From NCBI GenBank assembly GCA_002189035.1, contig CM007989.1:310001-374000 (forward strand): 64,000 nt of DNA. The letters run 5' to 3'. This document shows positions 40,041-53,500 of the stretch, piece by piece. Position 1 is the stretch's first letter; the number at the start of each line of letters is the position of its first letter. The position numbers and the translations under genes are program-made. The DNA is from Utricularia gibba (Eukaryota; Plantae; Magnoliophyta). The notes beneath the pieces were generated by a model, which saw only the letters and a list, made by a program, of their open reading frames with translations, made no database searches and was not told where the DNA came from.

Positions 40041-40602
40041 AATATATTTGCAAGTAAATTTCTTATTTATAAAAATGTGAAAAATTATTAACAGCTCAAT
40101 AAATTAGAAGTAAATTATGTTTTATTATTTTTTTACAAATGGCAAAATAGGGTTTAGTTTTTGGCATGAAGTCTAAAGTTTTTTAAAAAAGAAGAGAGTT
40201 GTGAGGGAGTGGGCCTAATATTTAATTTAGGAAAATGTGGGGTGCAGAATTTAATTATGACTGTTGATGATGACGCGGCGCTACGGGGTTAGAGTAGAGA
40301 CGCGGGGGTGCCCCTGCACTCGACTTACGCTAATTCCCCAACCATAACTGAACCCAAAAAAAAAAAAGGAAATTAAAAAAAAAAGGGAAAGAAATAATTA
40401 AGAGAGATTTTCCGTAGAAGTCACAGCTGCGAGCGACGGCGGGGGTCACATCATTCTTCACTCCTACTCACCTCTCGTGCACCTCCACGATCTTCAATCG
40501 CCGCCGTAGCTGCCGTTTTTCAGTGGATTATCGGGTGATAGCCTTCGATCTGTTGTTTCTCCGTTTTCGGAAGGGTGAAATCGTTGGATTCTGATTCTAA
40601 CG

Positions 40603-42343
40603 ATGCCGGAGGATTGCCCTGCGCAGTCGGAGGGTGCCGCCACTGCGAAAGCGATTCTAGAGAAGCCGCTTCAGCAGCTTACTGAAGATGACATTGCTCA
40701 ACTTACTCGTGAAGACTGCAGACGGTACCTCAAGGAGAAAGGTAGCCAGGAAGGTCAACTGCAGCTGTTCTACTTTTGGTCGACTCCGTAACTGCTTTGG
40801 AGTAATTTTTTTTTCGTTTTTAGGAATGAGGAGACCTTCTTGGAACAAATCCCAGGCAATTCAGCAAGTAATAATGCTTAAGAGTCTACTTGAATCTTCG
40901 CCAGATGCCGATGCTGGTTCAAGTAAACGGCTTCGGATTTCTTGTACTGCTAATAGTAACAGCGACAAAAGTCCTGCCCCTGATAGTGTGCGTGATCCGC
41001 TTATTCTTCTATGGTGCTCTTTTGTTTGGTCCTTGATTTCTGGTGTCGTTCATTCGGTGAAGCGTGGAGTCTTTAATGGACTTTGTAAATGCATGTAGGT
41101 GCCTACAGCTGAGGATGCAGAAAATTCTCTATCTGCTGAGGAGATGACTCATATTTCTCAAAAAGATGTTGAAAATCCAGATTCTGTTCCTCCCTGTTTT
41201 GTTGCTGCGAATGAAGAATGCACTGTACCTAGGTACTTTTATTGGCGCCTTGGAATTCACTTGTTATTATTTGCTATATGGTCTATTACTCAAGGCTCAT
41301 TTTTTGTATAAGCTATGCATTCTCTTCGACAAACTCTTTGTTTTCTTCCAGACCTACAGGTTCTTCGAAAACCCCAGTTGATCGATTGACAATATTCTAT
41401 GGTGGCAAAGTGAATGTGTATGATAATGTGTCACCAGATAAGGTATTGGAATTGGCAGTTCCTTTCATTTTGGTTCGTCTCCTGTGTCATCTGGTAAAGG
41501 GTTCTCCTTCATCTGTAAGGCACGAGCAATAATGAACATTGCTGCAACCTCTCCGCATTTGATGGAAGAAAGGTTATTAGACAACTGGGCAATACGGCAA
41601 ACATCGATTTCCAAAACTCCCAGCCCAAAAGCTAGGCCAGATTCTGCAGCTGTTATCACGCCTCTTCCAAAAATGGGTAAATGAAACTAGTAATTGCATA
41701 TCAATGTCGAAATTTGATTCTCTTATATGCATTGACTGTTGTAGTGAATATGAAAAATAACACCTCGGAGAACAGAGAAGGAACTGATGAAGCTTGCCAA
41801 GAGAGTCCTGGTACGGTTTTACCGATAGTTTATGGAATTACATGTTCCTTCTAAAATCTTCCTGTGGTAGGAGCAGAAGGACCATCAACCAGAAAGGCGT
41901 CACTGCAAAGATATTTGGAGAAGAAAAAAGACAGGTAAAATTGGATGGTGGACTGTAGCTTTTATAGTTGATAGTATAACCTGAAAAATGCTTCGATTTT
42001 CCCCTGGGTGTTCCTCATATCTGTGTTAGATGAAGGTTTAAGAGCAAGGGAAAAGTGGCATTGGCCTCCTGCTCAAGTGTAAATATGTACTTCAGCCATG
42101 AAATGTGTGATCAGATGCCGAGAAGGGTGGCAAGTTCCACATCCCAAATAAGACCGCTTTCAACTCCTGCATTCTGTAACTCGATTTGTGATACTGCAAT
42201 GAAGATTAGCCACTCGTCTGGTCTTATCTACAAAGGTTAGAGATCCTCGCCCTTTCCTTTAGATGCGCGGTTTTTCTTTTTACGAGTGCAATTTGCCTCA
42301 AGCAACACCAGAGGTTCAAATGTTTAAGCCCTCGAACCTCTAG
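40603..42343 (+). CDS. PPD: PEAPOD-type TIFY protein (PPD/TIFY4); the last micro-exon is uncertain and the alternative stop is at 42240
   Basis: PPD domain LEKPLQQLTEDDIAQLTREDCRRYLKEK|GMRRPSWNKSQAIQQV, TIFY motif LTIFYGGKVNVYD, Jas-like RKASLQRYLEKKKDR. Confidence 0.92.
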
Positions 42344-42778
42344 ACTGGAGCCCTTTAGATGTGCACTTTCATTTATAGCTGCTTTACAACGTATTCTGTT
42401 GGTTCATATCTCTATAAATGCAAAGAAAATCATACTTTTCTGTACACACATTTTCAGGTGTATGATAACAAGGAGGCACTTGCACCAAAATATACCGGCG
42501 ATCATGATTTTCGCCGATGACTGTTCATGCCATTCCTTGTATTTTGTTCCACGAGACACGTATGTTGATAGAGGAATCGCCATTGGCATGTTGTAACCAT
42601 CACAGTTAGTGATCGTTCAATTACATGGCATCTTCATTGCTAGTAGAATTGCTTCCCCAGTTGCAAAACTACCATGCACTTGCTCAGTTCACATGCATGA
42701 TGCAGAGAATGACAACTCCCACCGACACTGCTGCCACTGGAACCAGAGAGCAGGATGTTGGTAAACTCTCTACACGAA

Positions 42779-44794
42779 TTAGCTCTCCTTGCTATAACTC
42801 TGTCTAGGAATTACAATTACTGACAGGTTATCCATACTGCCGGATCGTATCGCGTATTCTGTGATCGAATCAGCTTGCCCGGATGCCTCGCTGAACACAG
42901 TATCACACACATCCTGAGAGCTGAGTGTCTCGAACACACCATCTGATGCTACAATGAGGTAGTAGCTCTTTTCAGGTAAAGATCTCCACCCGGTAACTTC
43001 AGCCTCAGCTGTGACACCATACCTAGAAAACCAGAGCCAACTTGTTGCTGCTGAGGAGGATGAAAGCTACAACAAGAGATTACTTCAAACCTTTTCAAGT
43101 AAACGTCTCCGATGGCTCTCGACATGGCCAAGACACCGTTGACACGGGGAACATCCCTATTAAGAACGAAGCCGTGGGCTGCTTCGATTCTTGCTCTCTC
43201 ATCCTCTCTATCAGGCTTATGGTCCACTGTCAGATCCTCAGCATACAGCTTAGGTGATGTCAAGCCTGAGGATGTTACAGTAGGCTACTTCAGTTCGCTT
43301 CCAGAGTTGAATGAACATTTTAAGAAGTGCTGAGCTCCACCTTGAGTGCACATGATTGCTCTTGAATCTCCCACGTTTGCCACCAGAAACCGACCGTTAA
43401 ACACAATAACAGCGTTGCATGTAGACCCCGAAATGTATCCCTTGCCATAAGCCTCCTGGCGATGCAAAATGCGCCAGATATGGGAATGAGCAAAAGGTTG
43501 AAAATTTAAAGATGAGAGCCTAACAAAATCATATGATGCGTTTTTCTCTAGTCTTAAGAGCTATCCATAATAACAACATTTCAAAAAGCATCGGCGTTGG
43601 AGGTGCATACCTCACTGAATTCAGCATCGATGTCATGGATTGTCGTCAGCAGGGCGTCCTCTAGTGCCTGCTCAACCAGTGACTCTTTGCAGGAACTGCA
43701 AGTAAAAAGTCCTCATCGTTTCCATATAGATTAGTGGAGGAATAAACGGTGGATAAACCATAAGAGGATGATATGGATAAGTTTCAATTACAAAAGCTGC
43801 AAATGAACCTGTATGCTGAGCATGATTCGTGGGATCTTTTGATGGATGGAAGCTTTAGGCTGTGCAAGTTGGATGCAGCATGCACAAGAAAGTAATCTAT
43901 GAGCTTTGTTGAGGCCATCTCGCTGGCTTCAGAGCCTCCATGGCCATCAAATATGGCTGCAATGCCGACAGATACCTCTGCATCCCTGCCATCAACTGTA
44001 CCAAATCTACTTTCCAGAGCAATATTTCCAAGAAAACAAAGTAGAAAACTCGTGAATATAAAAGGGTTGTTAAAATTATTACGACAAAGAAACATCGACA
44101 TAGAGGTTCTATCTTTAACACGTTACACCAGGAGAACACGGGTATGGTGATGAAACAATGCGAAACTGGCAGCACCCAACATCACTAGTAGTAGATGTTT
44201 ACTTTTTTTTAAAAAAAAAAATTGAAACCGTATGTATAGTATGCTTATAAACAGATAGAGGATAAAAAACTACAGCCTGTTCTTCTGTATCGCATATGGG
44301 TTCTGTACCTCATACAGTTTATGACAATCGAAAAAAAAAACGTTTTCCAAGGAAATGATCAACACGAATATACCAACTGCAATGGTAAAAGTGGATTCTG
44401 AACCAACGTGAATATGCCAACTGCGACAAGAGTATGTACAGTTGAACATTCAGGGAAGCCATGCTTTCAAGGTACCCTCATTCGAAGTAAGAAAAGGCAA
44501 GGAGTAAATACCTGAAAATGGTATTTTCAAGTCTAGATTGCATGCCACACGATCTTCTTGATATTCTCTGTGGCCTTGCAGTGTGGCGAAACGGCAGTTA
44601 GTCCTCGAAAAGTTTGTCGAAGCGTCGGTGGGATGAGTCCACCTGTGACACCCCGGTGAACGGAGAACAGCGGCATCTCCACCTTCATCAGAAGGCGTCA
44701 TACATGAGAATGCCAAGCCATTATCCCCATGCGCTACTACACATAACTGAAACACCAAAAACAGCAGTCCTGCTTTCATCAAGGAGTAGTCCAT
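42779..44794 (-). CDS. PP2C phosphatase (PP2C50/51/76-like) with hydrophobic N-terminus and no kinase domain, 6 exons
   Basis: [23 protein letters not shown]..., [69 protein letters not shown]. Exons splice in frame to TAA at 42779-42781. Confidence 0.88.
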
Positions 44795-45482
44795 CACTGC
44801 GCGTCTCTGAAATCTAATATGCGAAACAAAAACAACCATTTTAATCAAATCCAATCTTAATCAGACATTTTCACGAACATATGATGGGCATATGCTCACA
44901 AACGCGCATTAAAATCTGACAGCGACGAAGAAGAATCCACCAAACACAAACCCAATTTGCCCCTCGAAAAAAGCAATTTCTTTTTTTCCGCTTACGCATT
45001 TTTTTTTATCAGTAACACATGCGTTCTATTTCTATCAACGAAACGTAAAATATTAAATTTAAAATCCGGGATTGTAATTATGATTACAAACAGTTCAACT
45101 CAAATCTATAATTTTTTTAATTTAATTTAATAATTATATAAAAAAATAAAATTCTAAAATTTAAAAATATTAAATTTAAATATTTTTAATAATAAAAAAA
45201 GAATTAAATACCAAATTATGAATAAAGTTAAAAATGAATTAATCCCGAATTAAAAACAATTATAGCCAACACCATTATTGAAAATTAAAAAACATTATTT
45301 TCAAGTAAATATTAAATTATAGAGAAATATAAATATTGAGTTTACAAAGTATACAAAAATTAGGGAAAGGCACAGCAGAGGTTCATATCATCCCTGAAAT
45401 GGAACGACTGCTACAAATTGGCATAATTTACACTGCAAATTCATTGCATCTTCTTCTTCTTCCCTGTTGGGGTGTTTTTGAA

Positions 45483-48400
45483 TCACGGCTCATGACTGTT
45501 GACTCTGCTGTGAAGCTGCAACATCTCTTGATGATTTGGGTCGACTGATAGAGCCGCACGACAGTCCCTCAAGGCTCCGACCACATCCCCAATGTGCTCG
45601 TGGAATGCAGCACGGAGGTGGAGAAGGTGAAGGTCTGCTTTGAATGCAATGGCTCTAGAGAGCTCAGCAATGGCTTCTTTGTGCTGCTGGTTGTCCATCA
45701 AAACTGGGCACAGAAAAAGAACCATTAGAGGAATCAGAAATTGGAGATCCTGGTTCGAGGGAGGAGCATATGCCAACACATTTTAACAGCCTTCACGGAT
45801 TGAAAATCTGGTCACTATATCAACCAATGAGCTTGAACATGATGATGAAACACATGAGACAAAGAAAGGTTAGCATCAAACCTGCAGCCCGGTATCTGTA
45901 AGGATAGACTCGGAGAGGATCTAAAAGAGTGACCATGTCAAGGTCGGCCTTGGTGAGCTCACGCTCACAGTACTCGGAGCGTTTTTCATAAGCAGAAGCG
46001 TTATTTCTTGAATTCTCTATCAGTTTTGTCATCTCCGCATATGCAGCATTTTTATCTTGTCTGAGGAAGTGCACACGAGCAAGCCCCTGGTGGGCACGGG
46101 TATGCCGGATATTGAGGGCACTGACATAGCAATCAGAAGCGGCGTCTAGCTTGCCGCAATCAACATATACACTTCCCAGGTTATTGAGCGCCTAGCATCA
46201 AGTAGAGAAGGGAGTTTCTATACATTCCAGAAGAAAAATGGACACCAAAAACAAAAAGAAAAATGTCTGGAGAGTCAAGGGAATTCTATGTCACCAAAGG
46301 AAAATACTTAATAAACCTTCTCGCAGGACAAGGAGAAGAGAATCACACCTGACCCTTCCGAAGTCTATCTGAAGGACATTTCAAAGCTTCTTGCAGAAGT
46401 GATATAATAGTGGAAGAGCAAGATGGATCCTGACTAGAGTCAGCAAGGGCATAGGCCTTCAAGAAAAAGGCCTCAAAGGATCTTTGGAGGCTAATGGACT
46501 CCTCAGCCTTTCTTAGACCTTCTTCACAATGACCAGTATCATACAGGATCCACCCTTCATAGACTAATCTTTCAGCTTCACTTGAAGCATGCTGGCGAGC
46601 GAGCTGCAAACTTCTCATTGCAGCTTCAGGACAGTTGAGCCTACAAAAAATGAAAACACATGAAGGGATAAATGGTATAGGAAATAAAATTGATAGTAGG
46701 ACATTTAGGTATTCAAATAGTACTTCTAGGAAGGACAAATGAGCCCGGAAGTCATATTAGGTTTCAGACACTCAAATAATGATGACCAAATGAAGGGTGC
46801 AGAATACAGACTAAAGGAGAATCAGCACCCCAATTACAAAAAAAGGCATGGATTAGTCAAAATACCTGAGGAGAAGCAAAGACTGTCTGAAGTATAAAAT
46901 ACCTTTGACTGCATTTGACTCAAGCATCTGATATATCACAGAAAGTGACCCAATATCATCAACTGAAGACCATTTATCATAAAGTTGCAGCCAGCAATCA
47001 GCTGTTGTCATATCCTCAACATGCTCACGAACAAGTTTGTGAAGCTGGGAAGCTGCAAGTCTCCCCTCAAACATCCTATAATTAGGGCATAGTGTCAGAA
47101 TTGTTTGGATGTCACGAATAGCAGATTGGTAATCCTCAAGAGCCAAATAGAAACAACAGCGGAGGTCCAGGCAATCTAATGCAAGCTTAAAGCCAAGCAC
47201 CCTGTTAACTTCTGCAAGCGCAGATTCAGCATCCTGCTTCCTCATCAAAGATGCAGCTCGGTACATGTAGGGGTATGTCAAGGTTGGATCTAGCTCAGTT
47301 GCTTTCTGAAGATCTTCCCATCTTTTATCCTCATCGCAGTATAATGATCTTTCTTGATACATCCATCCAAGAGGAGTACAAGAGGATATGACGGAGGAAA
47401 TCCTATCATAGGATGATATTTTATTTCCCTTTATGTTACTTATTCTGCACAAACCAACCACAGAATAAATGTGTCCTTCAATGAGTGCAGCCTCAAACAA
47501 CTTCTCAGCTGCCTTGTACTCTTTCCGGAGAAATTTAACACACCCTAACTGATGAATAGCCAACATTTTCTGATTGCTGTTTTCAGCCGAGCTAACCAAA
47601 TGCTTTAAGAAAGAAACTGCCATATCTGAGGATGGATCAGAATCGAGGGCAACTTCTGCCAACAAAGAATACAAAGAAAATGAAGCAGACCCAACAAGCA
47701 TTCCCCTTTTAGGCCTATCCAGCCTGCTCAGCAGGTCAACCACTAAGGCATCATTCAAGGAATCAGGAAGTTCATATAGAAATACTTGCAAACAAGAAGC
47801 AGCCAGAACAGGAGTGTTATGCTCGAGGGCAAATTCCATGAGTTCGATAGCATCTTCTCTGGATGAGACCAAAGAAGCAAGCTTTCTATCACAGTTATCC
47901 TTCAATCTTTCACAACAATATCTATTTGCAAACACCAATATTTCCAGAAAAATAGAAGGGGGACCTTCAGCTAAATTTCCAGTAGTAGCGAAATCAATAA
48001 TAGCTCTTAAGCCTGAAGGAGAAATGTTACTTTGCGATAGATCGATTTCTTCTATAGATGACTCCAAGAAACACCCAATAAGCATTGCATGAAATGGAGC
48101 GGAAAGGCCAGCCATTTTAACCCTATTGCAAATTATTTTTTCATCTCCAATTACGAAAGTAACAACACAGGGAGATGAATTATTTATCACACCTGGACAG
48201 CTTGAAACCTCAATTACAGGATATTCAGAAGCCACATCAACAGCTCCATACTCCTTAGCACATTTCCCACAAGCAGATAACAGATCATGGATAAGTTTTT
48301 CTCCTTGGTTTTCATAATTAAGCCATGCCCCCAAAACAAGTCTCTCGTGAACTGAACTAGCTTTGATCCAGGCTGCTTGAAGGCTCCTTCGCATTAACTT

Positions 48401-48806
48401 TGCCTCTCCTAGACCCTTGAATACCTGATACTGCAACAAATAAAGGTTTGACCCCTCTGATGGAGCACACGACTCAAGCTCTTCATGAATTTTCGCTAAA
48501 ACTTCAACATAATCGATAGGCTTATAAAATGGCACAATATGGGGTTCAGGAACCTTGATGAGAGACTCACTGCAAATGTAGAGGATATCCAATAAGGGCT
48601 TAATAAACTGTAAGCGTGAAAAGTTGATGAGCACCTAAAGGAAATTTTATACAGCACAAAAACATAAACAGAAACACCTACGCTGAAGATGGAGACTTCT
48701 TCTCAAGCAGCGTTTTTTTGCCTCTCTCAACTTGGAGCCATGACTGAGGAATGATGGCTTTGAACTGGGGTTCTTTAGAGTAATCCGAAGAGAAAAACGT
48801 CCTCAT
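45483..48806 (-). CDS. EOL1: ETO1-like protein 1 (BTB-TPR adaptor)
   Basis: MRTFFSSD...PQSWLQVERGK..|ESLIKVPEP..YKPIDYVEVLAKIHEEL; BTB region; TPR repeats; C-terminal DPNHQEMLQLHSRVNSHEP*. Confidence 0.95.
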
Positions 48807-50552
48807 TGGAAAAACTAAACGGATAAGGGACCAGTTCAACACGACAGCAGGATCAAACGCTCTTCCGCAATTTCAGAAACAAAATGTGAACCATGAGGGT
48901 AGAACCGATGCGAAAACCGCCCCCTGCTATTCAATCACTCCCCGCAGAAACAGAAGTAGGAGCTTTCCGATAAAACAGCGCTAGTATGCAGGGTCCTCGC
49001 AATGCTGAAAAGCTCAGAAATTCTCCCCCAGCCGAAATGATTCTTTGTAGCTCATTTAATTTCAAATTTAAGCAAACCCAGCTACAAAAATTCGAGCCCC
49101 ACGTCTTGGAAACAAAAAGAACTACCGCCTTTCGATAAAGGGAGCTGAAACAGCGCGCTACATCAACAGGATCCACCCTGGGAAGGCACTAAACCCACGA
49201 ACCGCTTATCCTCGCTCGGGACACGAAAAGAGCGCGACCAGGGACGGAATCCAGTTGTGTAGATCACGGCAGTCGTTGGCAGTGCATTACAGTTATTGAT
49301 TACCTTCTCGTAATCGGAGAATCCAGCGAATCCGAATCCAACAGACAGAGTGGAGTCAGAAATAATGCACCGACTGTTTCCACTCCACAAAACCTAAGAA
49401 AACGAATTCAAAAAAGATAAAAAGAGGTTGACTGATTGATCACTTCACGATACGACGCCGTTTCCAGAGACCCAACCAACGGTGCGGTGGCGCGTCCCCT
49501 TACCCCACTCCCACCTGGCACGTACCACATTCTAACCATTCTGAAATAGGCACCACTGAGGCTACCGTCTACACAGCTTAGAGCCACTCCCACCTACCTA
49601 CACACACTGCCCCATACACATGGAACACCATAATCCTCTTGTTCGCATTATTTTGTCCCGTACTATAAACCACCCAAAAACCAACAAATAAACAGAATAA
49701 TACCCAAGTAAGTCTTTTGAGAACCAAAATAAAAGTTGGGGGAAAACAAAAGGCTGAGGATGACAATGAATGAACTGACCCATGATTAAATAATAAAGTG
49801 AAAGGCAAGAGTTGCTTTCAGCACTTGGACGTACGTTGAGCCTGCAAATGGGTACCCACAATCGCATCAATCCATAAACACAGATCAAGGCTGGACCAGA
49901 CATGGACCAACAACCCCTTCAATCCTATTCCCACTTCCCCTCCCTTCCCTTTCTCCACGCTAAAACAACTTTGTGCCTCAAGTTTCCTTTTGGAACACGG
50001 CGGTTACCATCCTCGTCGTGGGGCGCGGGCGCAGCTATTCAACTCCAAGTGGAAATGGAGTCATCAAATCACCTACTACTACGTAGACAGCAATGAGCCA
50101 CTGGGATGTTGGGAATTTATCACAATCTACGAGTACCATCTATCGAGAAAACTGACAGCTGACAGAAGATACATTCAGACCCTTTGAAGGGTTCCTTCCT
50201 ATACATGTGTATTATTATGTACACTGGCATATGCTGCATCACATATGCAGATGAGGGTGGTGTTTTCCTTTTTTACATAATCAGTGTGGTTCGAGGGAAG
50301 TCAAACCTGCATACCAAGTGAATCGGAATGTAAGGAGCAGTTGAACGAGCCGAGGAGGTGTGGTCCATTGTTGCAGACCCCTTGTTGTTCCGAGGCTAGG
50401 GTTCAGATTACATTAGACACATTAGTTGTGTAGGAAGTATTTGTTTTACAGATAAAGGAACATAGTGGAGAAATGGATGGATTGTGCTAAAAAAAAAAAA
50501 ACCAAAGAGTGGCAACGAGCATACCTTGTCTTGGCGACGGTGTCAACATGCG

Positions 50553-53500
50553 TTATGAAGATGAGGAAAAATAAGGATGTCTGAGAGCATCATCAACAGA
50601 TAGCCTCTTCGCCTGAAGCAAACATATAAAAAACTCTGTGAAACCTGCTGTTTTTCCCCCGAGGTATTATGCATCTCATAATTTTAATGGAGTGGCCTTG
50701 ATACAGCTTCCCATAGATAACAAAAAAATCTATCTTTTACAACCCAACTTACTGGATCCCATTGTAGCAAGTCACGAACAAGGCGCAAAGCCTGTGGATT
50801 TGGGAACCTGTGCAAAATTGAGATCGTCAGAGAGGATATCACTACTGCAAGCACAAGGGAAAAAGGGTCTAAAGTCTGACCCTAATCTGAGAGGATCTCG
50901 GTTTTTTATCAGATTAGAGAAATGCTCTTCTGAGCACTTCCATGGAACTGGAGGGCTGAAACCCTGCAGACAAATTTGAATTACCATAATTCCATTATCA
51001 ACTTAATTGGCAAGAAGCCTATTAAAAAAAGGAACAATTGACATGAGTGGCGTGAGGATAAAATGATCAAATGTCAAAAGCACAATATCTTCACCTGAAA
51101 CGCGGTGCACAGGATATTTTAGTGACCACATGAAGCAATAATTGAGCGCAAGAATGGAATCGGAAAAGACAAAAGCACCGGCCATCGAATATAAGTACGT
51201 GAATTTACCTGATCATTTTTCTGAAGCTCAGATGAAATTCCAGGTAAAAGTATGCACATCTCCATTAAGGCTCTAAGTCTGCACGGGACCACATTCAGGC
51301 ATTAAAAATTCCAAAAGAAAGGTAACAGCGATGACCATGCCTTATTTAAAAAGACAAACAGGTAAGGAAGAAACCACTATTAACACTAACAAAAAAAATC
51401 TCAGCGTTCTATCAGATAGAAACATAGCTGCCGGCGCTCTATAAGTGGAAATCAAATAAACATTTGAAAGCCATTTGATTTACAAAGCACAACTCTCTCA
51501 CAACAGAGATTATGAGTATTGTCAATGCAGTTGAAATTTCCTGCAGAGTTTTCCTAATGAAGAACCAAGTATGCTTTAATTCATCATGAACCAACACTCT
51601 TAAAGGTTACCATTTTCTAGTCACCTGTAAGCGAGCTCCTTTAAGCTATCAGCCCAACCATTGAGATGCTGCTCTAGAAGAGCTTGAGTTTTAGAACTTA
51701 TTTGAAACACATGCGGTGATCCCAAAATCAACTCCATTATGAAGACACCAACACTCCACATGTCATACCTATAAAATATAAGCTCTGTCATTGTCAGTGT
51801 TAGAAGTCATACATAAGTTTTGTCCACGGTTTCAAAATTATCCACACTGCTCAGTTTTCCACTCACTGACATCAACACATGAATCTAGTCCGACTAGTTA
51901 CTCCTACAATTAAATATGCAATGAATAATATCAGATAAACAATGATCCACCAGATTTTAACCAGCAATCTTAAATAAGGAGTAACAATATCCAAATGGAA
52001 ATGTGCAAGCTTATGTTATTCACCAAAAAAGGATCAGCTAAAAAAGGACCTTTAAGTGGTATATAATGTATATATAAAAGCAACTTACTTCACAGTGGTA
52101 CTTGCCGGCCCCTGATACCAGGTAGCATTCAGAGAAGCTTCTGGTGGAGCGTACTCTAAAGTTTGCTCAGCACTATAATATGAAACCAAAACAAGATTAT
52201 GCACCTAATCACTGCCAACTAGCCATAATCACGAATTGGAGACACTCAGCAAAAGAGACCAGTGGGAGATAGAGAGAATGGCACCTTGAGGGTCCCGTAG
52301 AGCCATACAAATGCTTCACTGTAAAATCATTCAATGCACTGCCGAAGTCAATAATACGCCTGCAGGTCATGTTAAGAAAAAACATTTAACGTTATAACAG
52401 AAACAGCATACTTCATTCAAATATTTCCTTTGAATCTTTAACTAGACATTCATCAATAAATCCCCCCATGGCTAAAAAGACGTCTTCTCATGAGCAAGTT
52501 TTCAATCTTATAATAGTGTGGCACATAGTAAGCATAAGGATAAACAATGTTGGCAAGTTGATGGTCCAGGAACAGGTACAAAGTCTAAGAACCGTAAAAG
52601 GTAATGCCTGGCATACAATTTAATAACATAATTATCATCAGTATCGGGAATCCTCCTTAAGCAGCTTCCAGATTCCTGGTCTTCAAAGCATACCAGCATG
52701 TTCTCTGTGTGTGAAAAAATGTTAAATAACGTTTAGTTTTTACCATAGCAACAAGAAAATACACAATATGAACCCCAGCCCATCTCCTTACCAGGCTTAA
52801 TATCCCTATGGGTGATTCCACGGTCATGACAAGCTTTCAGTCCCATCAACTAAACAAAAGAAAGAGAGAGTTCAGGATGAACCTTATAATTAGGAGCTTT
52901 TTCCCATATTAAACATCACCGCAAAGATTTTCCAAGGCCTTTGAAACATTCAAAATCAAGAACAAGAAAATACCAATTGCCCTATGATATTACGAAATGC
53001 CTTTTGCCCAGCATTTGTAGTCTTAAGCCAGTGCCACCATTTTGATGGACGCAATATTTGCACTTGTTTACCATGCTTGCTACTTTTTCCATCACTCACT
53101 GTGACCACCTCTTCAGCAGAATAAAGACATTTGGATAATGAGACACCTTCATGATGAAATACAAGCCATATCTCGTTAGATTGTGATTCAAACGACTCAA
53201 CATATCTCGCAATATGCGATAATCCCTCTTCATATGGGGAAGTGGAATGCCACCCACTTTCACTAGAAATCTTATCTTCAGCATTTGAGGGCTTCCCACT
53301 CATATCCTCAACTGAGTCATTAATGTTTTCTGAGACATTGCCAAAGTACTGAGGCATATGGAGAAAGGCCTTGGGGTCTCTGAAGGAAGAGGAAATTTTC
53401 AGGGAAGTGGAGGCATTTAAGAAAATCTCCCCATAATATTTCTCCCGTAAGCCACTCAAGTATGCTGAAAGTCCCCTTTCTACCTGCTCAGATGCCACAA

